DNA of 64,000 bases from the human T2T-CHM13v2.0 reference genome, Homo sapiens: assembly GCA_009914755.4 (NCBI GenBank), contig CP068257.2:21728001-21792000 (forward strand), in the 5' to 3' direction. Both the position numbers and the translations under genes were made by a program. The notes under the pieces are model-generated. The model worked only from the letters and a program-made list of their open reading frames with translations, did not search any database and was not told the origin of the DNA. Each line of letters starts with the position of its first letter. Within the stretch, counting starts at the first letter, position 1. Below, one piece after another: positions 58,291 to 64,000 of this stretch.

Positions 58291-59420
58291 AAAATATAAA
58301 CATTGAGTCCATGTTCTTTAATATAAAAAAGGTTGTAGCATTTAAAATATAATCAAAGATTTTATTTTATTTTTTATTGTTGGTGCTAATGGAGGTTTTC
58401 TAATTATATCTGTCTTCCACTCCTAAAGACTCTGATTTATAGGTCTAGGGGAGTGATCTGGGCATTAGAATATTTTATATGCTCTATGGCTTATTTAAAG
58501 TGCAATGAGTTTGAGATTCACTCTGTTACTTGGTATTAATCAATATCTCCTTGCTTAAAAATAACCTCCTTTTATTCATTCATCATATGTGCATGTATGT
58601 ATTTCTGCATATCTTTAGAATGCATTAAGTACAAGGCGCTGTGTACTGTGAATAGCATAAAGTGAAATAAAATACCTTCTTCTTCAATAATAGTTTTAAA
58701 ACTAGCAGGAATTATAAAATTATTTGGTAATTTTATCTACTCTAAGTGTTAAAAATGAATAACTCTGAAATCTATTTTTTCACAACAAAACTGGCTTTTA
58801 AAATTTTATTTACTGATTAATTCATGAGTATGTAACTGAAATATTCTACCAGCGCCCTGAACTCAAAATGCCTTAAGCAAAACTGATGATCCTCTTTCCT
58901 AAATTACTTATTCCTTCTGATTTCTCTATCTCTTTCAAAGGAGTGAATAAACTCTTCTTTTATTTCTTCCTTTGGGCTGGCTGGAATATCATGATAGCTG
59001 AAGCTAGAGGAGCTGCTTTGAATGAACTGGTGTTTAACAGAAACAATGCACCAAGAAGAAGCTGTATTCTCTATACTTTTCAGCAACATGCCACCTAGTT
59101 TCTCATTTTTAAAGTAAATCATCTAAAAATCCCATTTAACCAAAATTATTTGTTTTTTGTTGTCCGATTATTTAAGCATAATCAGAACCAGTATTTATTG
59201 AGTGTTTTTTGTATTTTTGGCACAATTCTTTACCTACAATTAATCTTCTTAATTTGCTTACCAGCATACTATGTGCCAAGCAAAAATTCCATGCAAATTT
59301 CTATAACCATGAACCTTAGATTTTAGTTGAAAAAGATAGAAAATAAATAATCAACTTATGTCAGATAATGAAACATAGAATATAATTTTTATTTGTATGA
59401 CCTTATGATAGATTATATAT

Positions 59421-59470
59421 GTGCATTTATATATAAGTATATATTTATATATATACTTATATATAAATGC
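59421..59470. repeat. AT-rich near-perfect palindrome (21-bp arms)
   Basis: In tgcatttatatataagtatat-atttatat-atatacttatatataaatgca the two arms are exact reverse complements. Confidence 0.85.
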
Positions 59471-59968
59471 ATGTATATAATTGCATATGGTAGAATTATA
59501 TATATTTTCAAGCAATTCTATACTTTTACTGTTTAAATAAACTTAATTTGATGCTGTAGAAAGAAATGTGGGTTAAACCTCAATTGTCAAGTTAAACCTC
59601 AATTGTAAGGTGGATGCAAAGGTGGATTTGCTGAAACCTATTTGCATATGGAGTACTATGACCGAAATGTGTCCCCCAAGAAGCAAGTGTTGGAAACTTA
59701 ATCCCCAGTGCAATGCTATCTGGAATTTGGCCTAATGAAATATGTCTAGGTCATAAGAGCTCCACCTTCATAAATGGATTAGTACTACTTTTAAAAGGGT
59801 TTAAGTCTTTGAGTTTAATCACTTTCTCTCATGTGTTCCTTCTGTCTTGTCCTTCTTCTTTCTACCACGAGATGATGCAGCAAAGAAGGCCCTCACCAAG
59901 TGTGGGCCTCTTGACCTATTACTCCCGACCTCCAGAACTGTAAGAAGTAAATCCCTGGTTTTACTTCC

Positions 59969-59989
59969 TGTGTGTGTGTGTGTGTGTGT
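59969..59989. repeat. (TG)n microsatellite
   Basis: The sequence reads tgtgtgtgtgtgtgtgtgtgt. Confidence 0.9.
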
Positions 59990-60276
59990 TTTTGTTTGTT
60001 TAAGACAGGGTCTCACTTTGTCGCCCAGACTGGAGCGCAGTGGCACAAACAAGGCCCACTACAGCCTCCACCTTCTGGGCTCAAGCGATCCTCCCACCTT
60101 AGCCCCCCAGGTATTTAGGACTACAGGCATGTACACCACACTTTGCTAATTTTTGTATTTTTTGTAAAAACTGTTTCACCATGTTGCCCAGACTAGCCTT
60201 GAACTCGTGAGCTCAAGCCAGCCTCCAGCCTCTGCATCCCAAAGTGTTGGGATTACAGGTGTGAGCTACTGCACCC
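59990..60276 (-). mobile_element. Alu SINE (older AluJ-like, reverse orientation) inserted into the MaLR 5' LTR
   Basis: The sequence runs tttttgtttgtttaagacagggtctcactttgtcgcccagactggagcgcagtggcac...cccaaagtgttgggattacaggtgtgagctactgcaccc. The T-rich motif tttgtttgttt is present on both sides. Confidence 0.9.
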
Positions 60277-63200
60277 TTATGTTTGTTTGTTTGTTTAATA
60301 AATTAACCAGTCTCAGGTATACTATCACAGCACAAAATGGGCCGAGACAGAAAATTGGTACTGAACAATGAGGCTGTTGGTATAACAAATACCTAGATAC
60401 GCGGAAGTGGTATTGGAACTTCTAGCCTCTAATGAATAGAGGCTAGAAGAATTTAGAGGAGCAGGCTAGAAAAAGCCTAGACTGCCACAAATGAAGCATT
60501 AAGGGTGATTCTGGTGAGAGCTCAGGAGAAGAGAAAAATTGTAAGAAAATTCTGGAATTTCTTAGCTATTAAGTAGTAATGATCAGAATGCTGGTAGAAA
60601 TACAGATAGGAAAGGACATTCTAAAGATGTTTCAGTTAGAACCAAGGAACAAGGTATTGGAAACTGGAATAAAAGCCATCATTATATAGTTGCAAGGAAC
60701 TTGGTGAGATTGTGTCCCTGCCCTAGGGTATTATGGAAGGCAGAACTTAAGAGTGATGTACAAGGATATTTGGTAGAAGAAATATCTACATAGCCAAGCA
60801 CCCAAGGTGCTGCCTGGCCTGTTTTGTCCACTTGAAGTAAAATGAGAGAAGAAAGACATGATTTAAAGATGGAATTGATAATTGAAAGAAAATTAGAAAG
60901 AAATAATTTTGGAAATGTTTAGCATTGCCATGTCAAGAATGAAAAGGCATATTTTGGATAACAAACTTTATGTATGGCCAAGCAATCCTTTGCCAAAGTG
61001 CCACAGATCGAAGAGATCCAGATAATATTCATCAAAACAATGAGGGAAAAATCTCAAAGGCATTTCAGAAATCTTCAAGGCCTCTCATCACAGGCCCAAA
61101 GCGTGACCTTGAGGTCAGGGTTTCCAGAGAGGTGCCCATGGGACCTCAGCATTTGCTGCCCTGCACCACCTCCAGTGTCTGCTCCCTGCATATTGGCACA
61201 ATGCTCCTCAGTTGCCATTGCCACAGCTCACGTGGGCCCAGGTGCAGCTTGGGCAGGCACTCCAGAGGGTGCAGGCTAGGAGCCTTGACAGCATCAGAGT
61301 GTTGCTAATTCTGCAGGCACACAGAGTTTGGGAGCTGTGGGGCTTTGACAGTCTTCACTTACATTTCTTGCTTTCTTTTTGTTAAGGCTACTCAAGTGAA
61401 GCAGTAGAAGTGGACAAGGAACAAAAAAATCTGTAAGTCGGTATGGTCAATTAGTTGTAAATAACCCTGTACTCAGACCAGCTGTCTCCGTCTAAATTTT
61501 AACATATGTTGCAGACAGCCTGGTGGCATAGGCAGAAACTTGCCACAGGAGCAGAGCTGCTACAGAGAGTAGTGCCTAGTGGATCCATGGGAACCAGGCC
61601 AACATAGTCTCCAGTAGTCTCCTCCAGCTCCTAATGGGGCTGTGGGAGTGGGACCAGCACTAAGACCCCAGAACTGTAGAGCTACAAGCATGCAATGATA
61701 GCCAGAGAGAGCCGCTGGCAGGAGATTCCAACTCAGAGAGAGCTGTGGCATGGGCTGAGCCATAAGGGTAAGCCTGCTTGAGGCTTTGGGGGCCAAACTC
61801 TCTTGAGTCTACCCAGAATGTGGGATATGTAGTCAAGGAAAATTATTCTGAAGACTTATGATTCAATCCTGTTTGGCTTATTGGATTTGGGACTTGCTTA
61901 GGACTTATTACCTCTTTCTTCTTGCTAATTTTCCCCTTTTGAAATGGGAATGTGTTTTGCTATTGTATTTTTGAAAGTAGACAACTTGTTTTAATTTTAC
62001 AGACTCACAGCTGGAGAAAATTTGTGTCAAGATGAATCATGTTTTGAATCTTCTCTCATGTCAGATTTAGATAACTGTTTGGACTATGGACCTCTTAGTT
62101 GATGCTGGAAAGTGTTAAGATTTTGGGGACTATTAAGGTGAAATAAATGTATTTTGCATGTGAGAAAGACATTAATTTTGGGGGCTGTGGTGGAGAGCTA
62201 TGGCTTGAATGTGTCCCCTAAGAAGCATGTGTTGGAAACTTAATCCCCAGTGCAACAGTGTTGGAAAGTTGGGCGTAAGAAAAGATGTTTATGTCATAAG
62301 GGCTCCACCCACATGAATGCATTATTACTGATTGTTAAAAGGCTTGAGGCTGCAAGTTTGATCTCTCTCATACACAAGCATATGTGGTTTCTTGCTCTTC
62401 TGTCTTTCACCATGGGATGGCTCAGTGAGAAGACTCTAACCAGATGTAGGCCCCCTTGACTTTGAACTTCTCAGCCTCTAGAGCTGTAAGAAATAAATCA
62501 CTGCTTTTTAAATAAATTATCCAGTTTCAGATATTCTTTTATAGCAGCAAAAAATGGACTATGACATGGAGCTTTAAGAGACATCTGATAAAAATAAAAT
62601 TTAAGTGAAAACGTGGGCAGATAGGATGAGAACCTGTCCCATGAAAAAACCCTGTGTAGTCACTAGGTGAGAGAAGAAATTCAGAACACCATGTCTTCAC
62701 TCTATATGTGTACATCCTAGAGATGAAGAATTATAGATTAAAAAACCAAAATTACTATTTAATTATTTTGTATAACAAAATGAGACACTACCATCACTTT
62801 TTGAGACACTTATATCTATGTCAACCAAAAAGCAAATCCCAATTTTTCTTCCCCATACAACAGACCATCACATAAACTCCGCCCTGTGAGGGCCCAGGCC
62901 ATCTAATTACAGCATTGCAGCTATCACAACTAAGCCAAGTATCTCAGGAGAAAAAAAGCTACCTGTTTCTAGCCACACAATTAAGCCATGTAAACACATG
63001 TCATACTTTGTGTCAAAGCAGTGATAGTATCAGTTACTTAGAGATGAATAACTGGTGCTTGGGACTGGAGCAGCCTTGAGACAAGAATATCACTCATCAG
63101 TCCCAAAGAAATGGCAGAGGAGGAACCATGGCTGGAAAAGCAGACGCTATAGTGGAAGACAACCTTTTAGGCTTCCTCAAAAGCCTGGAGTTGGGGTATC

Positions 63201-63299
63201 TTGCTGGTAATTGAAATTCCTATGTAAAATGTTGGAATAAAGAATAAAGTTAATTTGGGTGTGTTCTATTTTTTCCACATAAACTTGCAAGTTAGACCT

Positions 63300-64000
63300 A
63301 CAGTTTTTGCTTATGTATCAATGTTATAATATGCTACTTTAACACTAGTGCTAGTTTATTAATCCTATGAGTTCAACTGTGTAATTTTCATTTTTTTGCT
63401 GTGTTTTGTAGGATTTTATGTAGTTTAATGTTTTCCTCCATATCTGAAATAAAATTTAAAAAAGTGTGCTTGATAGTTTAGAGTGCTTTCTTTAAATTTT
63501 TCTCTTAATTGCTGTTCATATTTCTTCTTTGATAGATATGCTTATGTTTCGTCTAAAAGTTTTATATTTTAGCACATTTGAAGATTGGCTTGGCTCTTCT
63601 GGGTCTTTAGATATCCATATAAATTTTTTAATGAATTCATCAGTTTCTTCAAATAAGCAAACCAGGATTTTAATAGGAATTATATTGAATCTGTGAATCA
63701 ATTTGGAAAGTATTGCCATTTTAGCAATATTAGATTTCCAATCCATGAACATTGAATGTCACTTCACTTATTCAGGTCCTTAATTTCTTTCAAATATGCC
63801 TTGGAATTTCCAGTGTACATGTTTATCCTAAGTATTTCTTCTTTTTAATTATATTGTAAACACGTTTTTTAAAACTTTACTTTTGGATTTTTCATTGATA
63901 GTTTACACAAGTTATTTTTGAATATTGATCTTGTTTCTGGCATGCTTGCTAAACTTCTTTAATAGTTTTAATTTATTTTTTGCCTATACATGTAAATCCC
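63300..64000 (-). mobile_element. L1 ORF2 fragment (reverse orientation), running off the window end
   Basis: The provided minus-strand ORF 63516-63752 is MFMDWKSNIAKMAILSKLIHRFNIIPIKILV..EETDEFIKKFIWISKDPEEPSQSSNVLKYKTFRRNISI. This matches L1 ORF2 ..[78 protein letters not shown]. The plus strand shows the classic antisense-L1 string ggaattatattgaatctgtgaatcaatttggaaagtattgccattttagcaatattagatttccaatccatgaacattgaatg. Confidence 0.8.

Larger units (their letters stand above)
59645..62567 (+). mobile_element. Full-length ERVL-MaLR element (MST/MLT1-like) with both LTRs (5' ~59645-60358, 3' ~62203-62567) and an Alu inserted in the 5' LTR
   Basis: The 5' LTR starts ..tatgaccgaaatgtgtcccccaagaagcaagtgttggaaacttaatccccagtgcaatgctatctggaatttggcc. 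The 3' LTR starts ..ctatggcttgaatgtgtcccctaagaagcatgtgttggaaacttaatccccagtgcaacagtgttggaaagttgggc. Both contain ..ctccaccttcataaatgg/ctccacccacatgaatgc.. and cctccagaactgtaagaagtaaatccc / cctctagagctgtaagaaataaatcac ... ccagtctcaggtat / ccagtttcagatat. The internal region at 61860-62190 resembles the THE1-int 3' end at 7180-7440, for example ttttgaaatggg..., ..gatttagataactgtttggactatggacc.., ..tgtgagaaagacatt... Confidence 0.65.

Overview
This window is primate, almost certainly human, nuclear DNA. It is not a prokaryotic locus, and there are no operons, CRISPR arrays, defence islands, rRNA or tRNA genes that I can support.

The window is AT-rich, gene-poor and dominated by interspersed repeats:
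- about 22 Alu SINEs, several with intact target-site duplications and one clearly nested Alu-in-Alu;
- three old L1 LINE bodies;
- two apparently full-length ERVL-MaLR elements with both LTRs, plus isolated MaLR LTRs;
- microsatellites, AT-rich minisatellites and palindromes.

No intact protein-coding gene is visible. The two longest ORFs are retro-pseudogenes: an EEF1A1 processed pseudogene on the plus strand, inserted inside an L1, and an alpha-tubulin (TUBA1-type) processed pseudogene on the minus strand.

I found no evidence of a novel biological system of the kind the prompt suggests. The observations worth a second look are structural:
- a ~326-bp inverted repeat pair, about 90% identical, flanking an LTR-like segment and a nested Alu cluster at ~51.7-54.0 kb;
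- two short high-identity segmental duplications, 185 bp and ~108 bp, one of which interrupts the tubulin pseudogene;
- an L1 whose orientation switches part-way through;
- AT-rich palindromic and minisatellite blocks.

All family names were assigned by eye from remembered consensus sequences. Coordinates are approximate, within about 10-30 bp.
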